A stretch of 64,000 nt of DNA from an uncultured Phycisphaerales bacterium (GTDB taxonomy: Bacteria; Planctomycetota; Phycisphaerae; Sedimentisphaerales; Anaerobacaceae): contig CAVYYI010000003.1 in assembly GCA_963772725.1 (NCBI GenBank), positions 224,001 through 288,000 of the forward strand, in the 5' to 3' direction. A program made the translations under genes and the position numbers. The notes under the pieces are model-generated. The model was not told the origin of the DNA and did not search any database. It was given only the letters and a program-made list of their open reading frames with translations. This document shows positions 12,101-19,424 of the stretch, piece after piece. The first letter of the stretch is position 1. The number at the start of each line of letters is the position of its first letter.

Positions 12101-13750
12101 TTATCGCGTGCCTTCACGCGGAAAGTATATGTCGTTCCAAGGGCAAGGTTTGTTTTTATATAAGTTACGCTGTCCTGCCAAGTACCGCTGAAGTTATGGT
12201 CCGTAACGCAATCAAACAGGTATTGAACACCACTGGTATCGGTCGCCGTAACAGCCTCCATAGCGATTGTATGCAGGCCTGTGGCTTTTGGCTCTATGCT
12301 CCACTGTGCCGGATTGGGTAAAGGCGCAGCGATATCTGCGATACTGTTAACTGCACTGCCAAGATTTACTCTTGGCTTGGTGATTGCAACTTTGGTATCC
12401 GTAATTGGTACGCCGGTAGAGGCCAGTTTTGCTCTAATCTCCGAGGGAGTAAAATAACTTCCCGTTTTTGCCTTAGCGGCAGACTGCAGGCATGCAACTG
12501 CACCAGCCGCGTAAGGACAGGCGGCGGATGTGCCGCCGAAATCAGGGGAATAATCTCCTGTTGTATATCCGGCATTGCCTGAAATATCTGAAGTATAAGC
12601 ATTGTGTGAGGGCGCAAGAATGTCAAGGATAGAAGCGGTATTTGAATAACAGGTTACTTTATCTGCCGCTGTTTGCGTATCCATGCAGATTGCAAATGCC
12701 GCTGTTCCAATTGCAGCATCATAGACGGCTCCGACACTGATAACATTCGACATTGCAGACGGCCAGGAGAGGCCGTCAGTGTAAGCCTCATTACCGGAAG
12801 ATGCCAGTATGGTAATACCTGCAGCAACGGCCATGTTAGCGGCAGATGTCATTGCGGGGTAAGCATTATCCGCTGCGACTCTACTAGAATATTTACCTCC
12901 CCCAAAGCTGGTGCTTATAACCATGATCTGGATAGCTGGGGTTGTCATTTTGATGAGTTACACACCAGTCCCATGCGGCTGCCATATCATCACTGGAGGC
13001 ACTTCCACTTGAACCTGGAGTAATTTTTAAAGCATACAATTTGGCATTATAAGCAACTCCGCCAACATAATCACCCACATTTCCTACATTACCGGCAGCG
13101 ATACCTGCGCAAGCAGTACCGTGTGCCTCATCGCCCACCGGCTTAGGGTCGGGGTCATTGTCGCCAAAATCATAACCGCCAATAACTTTGCTGTTAGGAA
13201 AACCGCCCCCGCCCAACATAGGATGGGTATAATCGATGCCGGTATCGGTAATGGCAATCGCTATCCCTTGCCCATTAAAAGAGTTCCGCGCAACAGAAGC
13301 GTTCATCAAAGGTATTCCCTGCCGCAGATGCGGGTAAAGAATTATTACCGGTTCGACAGATTCAACGGTGGGGTCATTAAGAAGTTTATTCAAACCATCG
13401 GCTGTAACTTCAGCGGAAAAGCCCGCAAGATTTTGAAAGCGATGTCTTAACTTAAATTCAGATGGAAGCATTGAGGAAAGAACCGGATTCTGGAGATTTG
13501 CTATCTTAGAACGGCGTTCGGCTCGTGACTGGAAAGATTTCCAATCCGTCTTTCCCTTGATTTCGGCGGGTTCAGCCAAAGTAATAACAACCTTGATTTT
13601 ATCCTCACCGCTCTCGAACTTACCGACCATACTCTGTGCATCGACGAGTTTTTGAGGATTGGAAAATACTTTAGCATTAGAATTTTTTGCAATGGCGACA
13701 CTTCCTATTGCAAGCACTAACGCCATCCAAAAATATGTTTTTCGCAGCAT
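2352..13750 (-). CDS. Giant (~3,800 aa) secreted multidomain protein: S8 subtilase + FN3-like repeats + three parallel beta-helix modules + dockerin-like motif; split into 7 ORFs by frameshifts
   Basis: Consecutive same-strand ORFs continue each other's domains across the junctions; a single signal peptide at 13750; terminator after 2352. Confidence 0.8.
3163..4743 (-). CDS. Giant protein segment 6: dockerin/EF-hand-like pair and FN3-like repeats
   Basis: GDLDFDSVVDNND...ADLNLDGFVNFADL; four PxPxPMxW...Y.VKARD repeats. Confidence 0.8.
   Translation of the reverse strand: MMFVSYCDIWGGQQFAFIRPPLGGWKGGTLIWQPDPNNPDESTNMHGTSLNDPIFVGIDGLGENYQYYLSHNDTNDANQVFNSPCIDRGTGDANDLPLGRYRYSTRTDSKNDVNALDIGFHYYKNGRFEQGDLDFDSVVDNNDAIQLMLYWLQECTFPGWCDGADLNLDGFVNFADLAILSTYWGAGDVTPPSPDPMTWEILPASNSQTTVSMTATQAFDNSGQPVQYYFKCVSGGGHDRDWSTDRTYTDTGLAPNVEYGYKVKARDITDHNTAWSFPVYAVTGEDTTPPSPNPMQWYYPPSSSGPTSITMTAVTATDNYGGAVEYFFERYSGGPVVNSGWQASTTWTDLNLTIGTTYSYRVKARDVKADPNFSNETDWSPVMSAAPGVDQTPPVPNPMTWEVPPAGNGGSGITMVATQAFDSSGSVVEYYFENLTDSNHNRDWSTNRTYIDTGLTPSIAYFYRVQARDASDNRTQWSEIRSAQPNGDLVPPIPNPMDWTVSPTGYTDTSIIMKAVDANDLSGSNG
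4932..5558 (-). CDS. Giant protein segment 5: beta-helix repeat region
   Basis: NCTFTNNKAAEGGA, GGGIFC and GGGVYA repeats. Confidence 0.7.
   Translation of the reverse strand: MTLILPMAALFASGTLTPDTKKGNMKLINCTFTNNKAAEGGAAYWSDVATTVMDCNFTGNISYEGGAVLSSNSVPVIIGSKINRNNAGYVYEPNAARIQTVSVGSKEPDTITIGPPQFDIRGLGGGIFCSTSPANIGDSMFKYNTSTGSGGGVYAFGNLSSMDADYNSVVINNCLLYGNSAAIDGGAVQPLIILKSIFRTLPLPRIRL
5455..6783 (-). CDS. Giant protein segment 4: start of third beta-helix module
   Basis: IRVPTDYDTIQKAIDAAGEGDQIVLAPG; GGAIF/GGAVY repeats. Confidence 0.75.
   Translation of the reverse strand: MLTAKPGAGSRIKAWGGTEDDSSKELNNFVVMSANKVVSVEFELVRTIRVPTDYDTIQKAIDAAGEGDQIVLAPGDYQHPGYEHQFVGPHLGGISIWGKNLTITTANPDSPELTRLQGISIDIRSVGPETVLSGFTMHDFGWGAGDGVSPKDGTGLPGENGGSIKAGAINIYNASPTLKNIVIDNVSIQSGSGGKGADGGQGHINGGNGGWAGSAYGGAIFMLNSNPTFKNVKFLNCAAYSGDGGKGGDALRPSSGYGGRGGQWEFKEHDENWWKDRGLEWLFPANKYGYARFNAIYDFENDQWIPVSYEGTYDDYWLFTAMGGAVYIDTNSNPTFTDCIFSNNKTVSGFCGVGGQHGFPPSPFPWPDRHARIQSFGGAVYCEPGSSPAFTNCAFSGNWIDSNVPTNQYDAHITYGGALCFRHFDAGYKKRQYEAYKLHLHK
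6746..7594 (-). CDS. Giant protein segment 3: beta-helix repeat region
   Basis: NCTFADNQA, GGAIYS and GGALNI repeats, ending in the GYHY motif. Confidence 0.75.
   Translation of the reverse strand: MNECVINGNTASGQAAGGIWATNTPMKLHNCTFNANTVTGENGVGGALNIYGSLNYYSDSPYIFNCLFTKNTASNTGGAVSLSSYADPNIVNCTFADNQAAVKGGAIYSSGNSRAKIFNSIFANSLNYAIYKETGLGKVYVTYCYFWNLPAKVYGSGFYLYNVPFANWNNAQFDTFSQQFATGSLGNYYLTKPPPYICIDGGLGSAHLWGLDTRTSQPDNTLDSGVVNAGYHYSAAPIQYQLTVNVTGGVGTVDVSPATPNASGYYAGTMIAHRQTRRRLTH
7591..12948 (-). CDS. Giant protein segment 2: S8 catalytic Ser, two FN3-like repeats, beta-helix modules with GGA(I/L) repeats
   Basis: FGGTSAACP; YTFRVKARD; many GGAIY/GGGI repeats. Confidence 0.85.
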   Translation of the reverse strand: MTTPAIQIMVISTSFGGGKYSSRVAADNAYPAMTSAANMAVAAGITILASSGNEAYTDGLSWPSAMSNVISVGAVYDAAIGTAAFAICMDTQTAADKVTCYSNTASILDILAPSHNAYTSDISGNAGYTTGDYSPDFGGTSAACPYAAGAVACLQSAAKAKTGSYFTPSEIRAKLASTGVPITDTKVAITKPRVNLGSAVNSIADIAAPLPNPAQWSIEPKATGLHTIAMEAVTATDTSGVQYLFDCVTDHNFSGTWQDSVTYIKTNLALGTTYTFRVKARDKSTNQNQTGWSTSLSATTAAAVDNLSPAPDPARWDKKPKKLSSPTRIQMKAKTASDESGVQYSFRCVNTTKPGIDPSTLNSNPVWQSSATYTVSTNVADNYSYTFQCKAKDGLGNETAWSDMATVTLGTSGSGNVLSVPSPYSTIRYALSVASSGDIIEVKPGVYYEGDLDFGGNAVLLRSVDPGNSSVVASTIIDVPATGSGLASGSHRAFIFQTGEGRNSIIDGFTIRNGYVYVNGFDGVGAGVSGTNGMDALGGAIYCTGSSPTIRRCVITDCIARGGDGGDGVNGSNTGTDPMPDGGWGGQGGGAFGGAICVDGGGSPLIESTTIIDCCAISGAGGNGANGTNATATIQAGAGGRGGDSGAVWGGAIYCGPASNIDINNCSISDNLAWAKYAPGQGGNGGNDNTTFPGDGPDGSNGGGYPGYGGGISLSFATIANSTFTNNTVFAAMPNQSMYFISGGFGGGIYCDESANVISADTTISGNLTIGDGGGFYAAHDGIITLTRCDITGNTALSADNGAYPGNGGGIFAGDILNPLSTTVNITDCNISVNTAYGQGGGMYAEEVVLTMDTSFVNNNVGKHGNGIYGFNCQADVNNCLFKNNTSLEEACSGGACSWYNTAITMRNSLITGNNASGSGGALFFDGHNSPQKVVNCLITDNTAYIDGGGISSNIGATVTLSNCTIVNNTVTGAFGSGGGVSSAERWAYVAIESSILWNNTVAGSAYVSGSQIAVGTPLGSDPYDGGPYADVDVMYSDVQGGEEGVYLEDEPNTEIWWNNGNIAENPLFVSPDVNEPAYYLSQIAAGQLIDSNCVNGGDPASAFDFTNYTTRTDFVADTNIVDMGYHYKAAAAIPKYTLKISVIGDASGGSLIAQAGGSDAFSITAPATRLVNQGTTVKLVAQPNPGYFVTAWSGTDNDTIMDVNNNTATMNRNRTVTVDFHKARMIFVPAQYPDIEAAITAAKNKDTIVVSPKSDGTPYVVSDRDGFDFKGKHVTLISDRRYPSVVIDCQGSKASPRRAFQFHSGEGMDTVVSGFTIQNGFMTGPRGLNGVVPQPGDPCDPNIVSAFGGEDVFGDGYGGAIYINDSSPTIEYCKFINCAVAGAVGGDGANGADQYNSKKEGQAGGPGGTGTGNGYGGAIYVNPNSNPVIRYCVFSGNFAHGGLGGDGGNGGNSSGSSVLAGSGGDGGNGEGFGYGAAIYIADGVKTTILDCNMEQGTASGGVGGLGGNVGSGSLIESNKQVVFTGFDGYNLGVGYAGAVFSGKNSEPNFVNCLILQNRSRGWDWQKNTFSAGGALYCDVNSLVTIKNCEFNGNFIGDTYEELTAGLVNVVSGPGNGGALYCADDVNINVTDSHFIGNNNNSALIYYETGGGGLPNREGYNDGGAIYFKAGGAAKITNCNISGNSAYLNGGGIYHKAKPVTIKNTAISGNKAIYGDGGGFYSYDPNTTAALTLTDCTISKNTANINGGGVFWRNFDAVVTNCYFISNQAQVPADFILSIALRHPI
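12893..13750 (-). CDS. Giant protein segment 1: signal peptide, inhibitor-I9-like prodomain, S8 catalytic Asp and His
   Basis: MLRKTYFWMALVLAIGSVAIA signal; ITDTGID and HGTACAG motifs. Confidence 0.85.
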   Translation of the reverse strand: MLRKTYFWMALVLAIGSVAIAKNSNAKVFSNPQKLVDAQSMVGKFESGEDKIKVVITLAEPAEIKGKTDWKSFQSRAERRSKIANLQNPVLSSMLPSEFKLRHRFQNLAGFSAEVTADGLNKLLNDPTVESVEPVIILYPHLRQGIPLMNASVARNSFNGQGIAIAITDTGIDYTHPMLGGGGFPNSKVIGGYDFGDNDPDPKPVGDEAHGTACAGIAAGNVGNVGDYVGGVAYNAKLYALKITPGSSGSASSDDMAAAWDWCVTHQNDNPSYPDHGYKHQLWGR

Positions 13751-13962
13751 GATATAATCTCCACGACAATTAAGCGTTTATTTTAATATTACGGTTTCAT
13801 AGTCCTGTAATATATTCCCAGAGTGACCAGCACTCTCTTAACTTTCTCAACAGTTTTTCAGCGTTCTTTTCTCCCCTTGCTCGCTGTAAACCAACTTTTT
13901 AACCCTAAAAACGTGATTTAGGTACCATTTATAATATTTTTCGGCCAAAACGCCTTTGCTGT

Positions 13963-16911
13963 TTACCTGTTAGAGTTTTCGTTGAGAGCGGCAAGGGCTT
14001 CGGCGTCTGTTTCCTCCTGTAAAATAATAGTAGGCTTAACCAAAATTAACAGTACCTGGTTGTCTTTTCTTGAACTGTTGTTTCTAAAGAGTCTTCCCAA
14101 CAGGGGAATTTTGCTTAAAATCGGGGTTCCTATCTCAGCCTCGTTTTCGGCGAAGACTTTTTGACCGCCGAGCAGGAGTGTTCCCGTGTCAGGTACGTTG
14201 ACCCTTGTTTGAACTCTGGCAATCTCGGTTTCAGGGAGACTTACAGTGAGAGTCTGCGGCGCTTCACCGGTTGTACTTGGTATATCAAATGTCTGTGTAT
14301 TAAACCGTATTAAACCTCTTTTTTCGACAGTTATATTGAGTAAAACATGTTTTTTGTCGGGCGTAATAGTCGGCGTTACACTCAATGTCGTTCCTATAGG
14401 AATCGACTGATAATTTTGCTGGATGTTCTGTGTACTATAAGTGCTGCCGCCACCTGTACCGCCATAACTGCCGACATCCGGCGGAAGGGCATAACGAAGC
14501 GTCCTTTGGTTACGAAATACGGCGGATTCACCGCTAAGGACAGTAACTTTGGGCTCGGTAACGGTTTTGGAATTCTTATGAGCCTGTGTCATCTTTATAA
14601 TAAAACTAACCTGTAAATCATCGAGTATTGTTCCATAGCCGCCAGAAACCTGGGTTGAAAGAGCTTCAGCAAAACTTCCGGAAACATCCGTCGCATCAAC
14701 CAATGCGCCATCCAAAGAAGAATTTTTTATATCAAGAGGCGCCCATCGTGGCCCCCATGCTCCGTTTGAATTGAGTGTGGCATTGACGTTAAAGCCGATT
14801 TGTTCGAGGAAGTTTTCGCCAACTGTGAGAAATCTGGCTTCGATAGAAACCTGATGTCCGAGGCGTTCCCTGAGGCCTTTAACAAGTTTTTCAATTTCAG
14901 TATGCACCTTGCGAGTTTGATATACGATAAGTTTCTTTCGCTCGTAAATTTTTATAGTCCCCGTCCCTCCGGCATCAAACCAGCTATCCGGCTCAATTGT
15001 TTCCTGGATGAGCAATATCAGGTTATCGGCTCGCAGCTGTGCTTCGGTATCAAGCTCTTCGCTGGACTTTTGGGTCTCTTCATCCGGGAAGTATTCAACA
15101 AAGCTCGTTCCGCTGCCACCTTGTCCGCCGCCACCGCCGCCACCTTGTCCGCCGCCGCCACCACCGCCGCCATATCCACCGCCGCCGCCGCCACTGGTTC
15201 CGCCTGTGCCGCCGCCTGTGCTGCGGAAATTGGCAGGTTGTCCGACAAGTACGCTAATATCATAAATTCGAGTTTCGAGGGATTCCTGTACAGCTTCCTG
15301 TGTGGCAATTCTTATGACACCTTTATCAACGGTATAGGCAAGTTTTGCCTCCGCGGTTGAAACAGACTGCAAAAGCAGTTCAAGGACAGTAGTAAGAGAC
15401 ACCTGAGATATAGCGTTCATTCCCGAAGGAGTGGTAGGCAGAACATTTTTTTCCTGCAAATCAGTCCAGTTAACGAAAATCTTCAAAGGCGGGGCAACGG
15501 AATTTTTCAGCAACTCGATAGCATCGTTAAAGGACATTTCAGGCGATAAGCCAGGAAGGTCTACAAGTTTATTGAGTTGGTCATAAACAGCGGCATTGAG
15601 GGGGTCTTCGCCTTTTGATTCCTCAGGTTTGCGCTTGGCGTCTATTTCACGCCAGTCTTCCGAATAGCTCTGCTCTTTGGCGAATGGTGTGCCGGACTTT
15701 AGAACTTCCATGTTAAGTTTATATCTTTCCTCGCTAGACTTCTTTTGAATCTCAAGCTGTTTGCGGAAATTAACCGTGTCATCAAGTGTACTTTTAAGGA
15801 TAAGGGCCTCATTATGCTGCGGGTCAAGCGCCAGGAGGCTATCTAACTGGCCGAGAGCCTCATCGTAACGTTGCTGCTTCTGGTACGCCAGGGCGGACTG
15901 CATAAGCTCGTTAATTCTACCAGCCCGCTCAGCCTCCATACGTGTTCTATATTCTTCCTGCGCCTTTATGGCGTCCTCTTGCTTTTTCCTCTGCAATTCA
16001 TCTTCATAGTTCTTTTGATTTTGAGCGATAGTTCCGCTCTTTTCCTGAAGCTTGGCGATATATTCCTTGAAAAGCTCATCACCTAACTGCATTTGATTTT
16101 CTCTTACAGTTCGCTCTGCGTCGTCAACAACCAGTTTTGCCTTATCGAAATCCTTCTGGTCTATAAAAGCCTGCGATTTATCCAGGGCATCGTTAACAAC
16201 AGCCTTTGTGTGACTTCTCAGGATATTTCTTTTGCGAATAATAGTCTCAATATAACCGCCCTTTTCTGCGACAAGCGCTTCCTGCGGTGTTTGCGAAACA
16301 AGGAGTTTTTCCTCTATCGTGTTGGGTTCAACGGCAGCTTTAATAGCATTGGGCTCAACGACAACTATTTTAATGGCATTGGGTTCAACGGCGACTATTG
16401 GACCAACTTCCGGTTTTACCGGATACATAGTTTTTTCAACGGCTGCCAGTTTTTCTATGTTCGCAAGTTCATCTGTTATAGTCAGACGCTCCTGCTCGGT
16501 AAGAAACTCGCTGGTTTGAACTCCCTGAAGCATTGTTTTGGCCTCGTTCGACTGGCCCTGCTTAGCCATCTCTTTGGCCTGCTGAATAGAGTTTGTTATC
16601 CGCTTTCTTTCCAGAACGGCGGTATGAGCCTTATCAATGGAGCTGGCTAACTTGTCACGTTCCGCTGCGGTAAGGTATTCCTGATAGTTTTGCGCAGAGA
16701 GAAATGATTTTTCAGCCTCTTCGTACAAGCCGGCCTGATACGCTTTTGTACCGGCCTGAATGTACTGCTGAGCTACCTGGCGGACTACTTTCTGTTTGTT
16801 CTGTTCGCTTGTTTGCGCATAAACGTTCTCTGACACCGCGGTCAAGACCAAAACCGACAGCACAGCCAGCAACAAACCCTGCCTCAATATAGTTTTCTCT
16901 ACCAATTTCAT
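13963..16911 (-). CDS. Secretin (type II/III secretion or pilus outer-membrane pore, GspD/PilQ family) with long helical/TPR-like N-terminus
   Basis: C-terminal secretin motifs QVSIEARFL, PKVTVLSG, GTTLSVTP, GTLLLGG, PILSKIPLLGRLF, LLILVKPTII; signal peptide; RBS ggagg before ATG 16911. Confidence 0.9.
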   Translation of the reverse strand: MKLVEKTILRQGLLLAVLSVLVLTAVSENVYAQTSEQNKQKVVRQVAQQYIQAGTKAYQAGLYEEAEKSFLSAQNYQEYLTAAERDKLASSIDKAHTAVLERKRITNSIQQAKEMAKQGQSNEAKTMLQGVQTSEFLTEQERLTITDELANIEKLAAVEKTMYPVKPEVGPIVAVEPNAIKIVVVEPNAIKAAVEPNTIEEKLLVSQTPQEALVAEKGGYIETIIRKRNILRSHTKAVVNDALDKSQAFIDQKDFDKAKLVVDDAERTVRENQMQLGDELFKEYIAKLQEKSGTIAQNQKNYEDELQRKKQEDAIKAQEEYRTRMEAERAGRINELMQSALAYQKQQRYDEALGQLDSLLALDPQHNEALILKSTLDDTVNFRKQLEIQKKSSEERYKLNMEVLKSGTPFAKEQSYSEDWREIDAKRKPEESKGEDPLNAAVYDQLNKLVDLPGLSPEMSFNDAIELLKNSVAPPLKIFVNWTDLQEKNVLPTTPSGMNAISQVSLTTVLELLLQSVSTAEAKLAYTVDKGVIRIATQEAVQESLETRIYDISVLVGQPANFRSTGGGTGGTSGGGGGGYGGGGGGGGQGGGGGGGQGGSGTSFVEYFPDEETQKSSEELDTEAQLRADNLILLIQETIEPDSWFDAGGTGTIKIYERKKLIVYQTRKVHTEIEKLVKGLRERLGHQVSIEARFLTVGENFLEQIGFNVNATLNSNGAWGPRWAPLDIKNSSLDGALVDATDVSGSFAEALSTQVSGGYGTILDDLQVSFIIKMTQAHKNSKTVTEPKVTVLSGESAVFRNQRTLRYALPPDVGSYGGTGGGSTYSTQNIQQNYQSIPIGTTLSVTPTITPDKKHVLLNITVEKRGLIRFNTQTFDIPSTTGEAPQTLTVSLPETEIARVQTRVNVPDTGTLLLGGQKVFAENEAEIGTPILSKIPLLGRLFRNNSSRKDNQVLLILVKPTIILQEETDAEALAALNENSNR

Positions 16912-17316
16912 CACACCCCTCCGAAACAAAGATTATAAAAGATTTCTCAAACTAACAACAAACCTATCTCCTTTTTTCAAAATAGGTAATTTCGATATGG
17001 TTATTATATGGGAAATTAGGTACTTTTGCAAGCAAAAAAAATGTTTACAGCCTTTTGACCTATTTTATCCTCATCCGTAACCTGTTTAGGTCCTATATAC
17101 CACTGATTATTAGAGCGGAAAACCCAAACTTCCGCCGGGATTATAATATTGTTTCAATTTGTTTCAAGAAAATTATTTTTATTATTTTCGCAAAAAATAC
17201 GAAATGGCGCTACTGATAAGGGGATTTTCTGAAGTGTACCGCTATTTTTTAATGCAGCCGGATAAAATAAGTACAGAAAAACTGCGTGGTCAGTATTAGT
17301 GAAATATGTCGGATTT

Positions 17317-18474
17317 TTAATCGGTTATTACGGCGGATTTCCCGAGCCAACATGCCCTGCCCGCAATTATTTCCTGGTTCAGCCTTTGCAAGTCGTCCAT
17401 ATATTTGTTGAAAAGCTGTTCTCCTATGTATCCCCGATTCTTTGACAAATCGTCGCCGGCTTCCTGAAGAGCCTTTTTTGCCCAGTAAAACTTACCCTCG
17501 ACGATATTATTTTCGACGCTTTTCATCGCGTCTTTGACTACGGCATTGGCATAACTGCGAATAAGTTTTTCTTTGCAGCTTACAGGCGGTTCGAAGGTAA
17601 CATTGTTTCTATCAGTTAACTGACCGGCAGCATCGAGCGACGCGGGGACATCTGATTGTTGAGTCGGCAGGAGTTCTGCTGTCTTAACATCGGCGCCGGC
17701 AACCTGCTCAATCAATTGACTTTCAAAAGCCGAGATGACAGGCTTTGTGCCGTCATCCACAGGCGGCGGAAGCTTGGCCTGAGCAATCATCGCCGCGTTT
17801 ATTTTTAAAAGGTAGTCTTCCGCGGAAATCCCCTGGCGTGACTCAAGAAGACCGGCGGAAGCGACTTTAACGAAGCCCTCGCGTGCCTTGTCGAACTGAC
17901 CCGCGTTATATAATTCAACACTGCTGTCATAAAGCGCGGCAAGCTCCTTTTTACGGTCGGCAATTTTAGCGTCCAGAAGGGCAAGATTTTCAGCGATTCG
18001 CGTTTTCTCGGCGACTGTAAGCACTTTTTTATCTTTAACAAATTCAAGATGCGCTTTAGCCTTTAGATATTCGCTATTTTTGAGAAGCGTCTCGGAGATT
18101 CTAATATGTTCAAGAATCGGGGCCCTCTCGCTTAACGCCACACGTGTATCGTTAAGAGTCCTGCTTAACTCCATCTGCTCTGCGATGGTTAAATACGTTT
18201 GATGCTTCTGTGCGCTGAGCAGGTACTGCTGCGCCTGTATGTAGAAGTCCCGCTGGTACAGTCTCATTCCAACTTCATACAATTCTTTGGCTACACGGCT
18301 TTCAACCTGCTGTTTATCCGTCATCTGTTTACCCGCTGCTGCTCCGGAGTTCCAGAAGAAAGCCATTGAAACATCAGGCATAATAACTGTTGCAAGCAGC
18401 ACCGAAAAAACAACCAAACCTTTTCCGGGGGTAAGTGAAGTTGAGGACGCTGTTTCGTTTCTTTTTAAGGCCAT
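17317..18474 (-). CDS. Exported helical/TPR-like protein, paralogous to the secretin N-terminal domain
   Basis: N-terminal hydrophobic segment; two blocks align by eye with the adjacent secretin N-terminus. Confidence 0.75.
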   Translation of the reverse strand: MALKRNETASSTSLTPGKGLVVFSVLLATVIMPDVSMAFFWNSGAAAGKQMTDKQQVESRVAKELYEVGMRLYQRDFYIQAQQYLLSAQKHQTYLTIAEQMELSRTLNDTRVALSERAPILEHIRISETLLKNSEYLKAKAHLEFVKDKKVLTVAEKTRIAENLALLDAKIADRKKELAALYDSSVELYNAGQFDKAREGFVKVASAGLLESRQGISAEDYLLKINAAMIAQAKLPPPVDDGTKPVISAFESQLIEQVAGADVKTAELLPTQQSDVPASLDAAGQLTDRNNVTFEPPVSCKEKLIRSYANAVVKDAMKSVENNIVEGKFYWAKKALQEAGDDLSKNRGYIGEQLFNKYMDDLQRLNQEIIAGRACWLGKSAVITD

Positions 18475-18570
18475 AACAAAAAACCCTCTGAAAAATTTGC
18501 TTTTTATACAGTTAAACGATAATATCTTCTTAAAATCTGTTAAAATAATCGGTAAATTAAGTGAAAAATA

Positions 18571-19386
18571 ATGAAGAAAAATACTGACAAATCAGGCTAT
18601 GCAGAGCAGGATAAAGAGGCTTTCCGCCCGCCTTGTAAGGGGGAAATAAGCCCAAAACCGTTGATATTAGTACTGGAAACATCGGGTCGAAAGGGTTCGA
18701 CTGCGTTGGCGTGCGGTGAAGAATTACTTGAAGAAAGAATTTTTTTTTCTCCGATGAAGCACAGCGCAGAGCTTTTCCCTGCGATTTACGGTCTTCTGGA
18801 GCGGCACGGCAAGACGCCGAAATCAATAGACCAGGTTTACATCTCTGTTGGGCCAGGTAGTTTTACAGGCCTGAGAATTTCTGTTACTTTTGCCAAAACT
18901 ATGCACCTGGCCACGAAAGCGAAGATTGTCGCGATTGATACCCTCGATACAATTGCCCGCAACGCCGATGATTATATGAAAAACGAAGACTCGAACCTGT
19001 CAAGAATAGGTGTCGTTCTTGACGCTAAACGTGGCCAGTTTTTCGCGGCGGCGTATGAAAATCGAGATGGAGTATGGCACAAAATCCTGCCCGACAGCCT
19101 GATGACCCCTGAGCAGTTTATCGAACATTTCAAGGATGAACAGGGGCCTTTATGGTTGCTCGGTGAGGGGCTTGTATATTATAAGGACAGCTTCAAGGCT
19201 GATTTCATAAGGTTTCTGGACGAAAAATACTGGTGGCCTTTAGCATCGAAAGTGCATCTTCTGGGCTGGGAAAAGGCTGCCGCGGGCGAATTTGCCGACC
19301 CGCTGAGCTTAGTTCCGTACTATTTAAGAGGCCCGGACGCCATTGCTAAACCACAAATGCCGAGCCTGAAGCACGAAACAAAATAA
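18571..19386 (+). CDS. tsaB: tRNA threonylcarbamoyladenosine biosynthesis protein TsaB
   Basis: LVLETS, HSAELFP, GPGSFTGLRI, DAKRGQ, PYYLR. Confidence 0.92.
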   Translation: MKKNTDKSGYAEQDKEAFRPPCKGEISPKPLILVLETSGRKGSTALACGEELLEERIFFSPMKHSAELFPAIYGLLERHGKTPKSIDQVYISVGPGSFTGLRISVTFAKTMHLATKAKIVAIDTLDTIARNADDYMKNEDSNLSRIGVVLDAKRGQFFAAAYENRDGVWHKILPDSLMTPEQFIEHFKDEQGPLWLLGEGLVYYKDSFKADFIRFLDEKYWWPLASKVHLLGWEKAAAGEFADPLSLVPYYLRGPDAIAKPQMPSLKHETK

Positions 19387-19424
19387 AAAAGAATCTAAAC
19401 AAATGTGGCTTGATTTCCAGAGAA

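Noticed and set aside
15110..15220. ccgccgcca tandem repeats
   Set aside because: Simply encode the Gly-rich loop of the secretin
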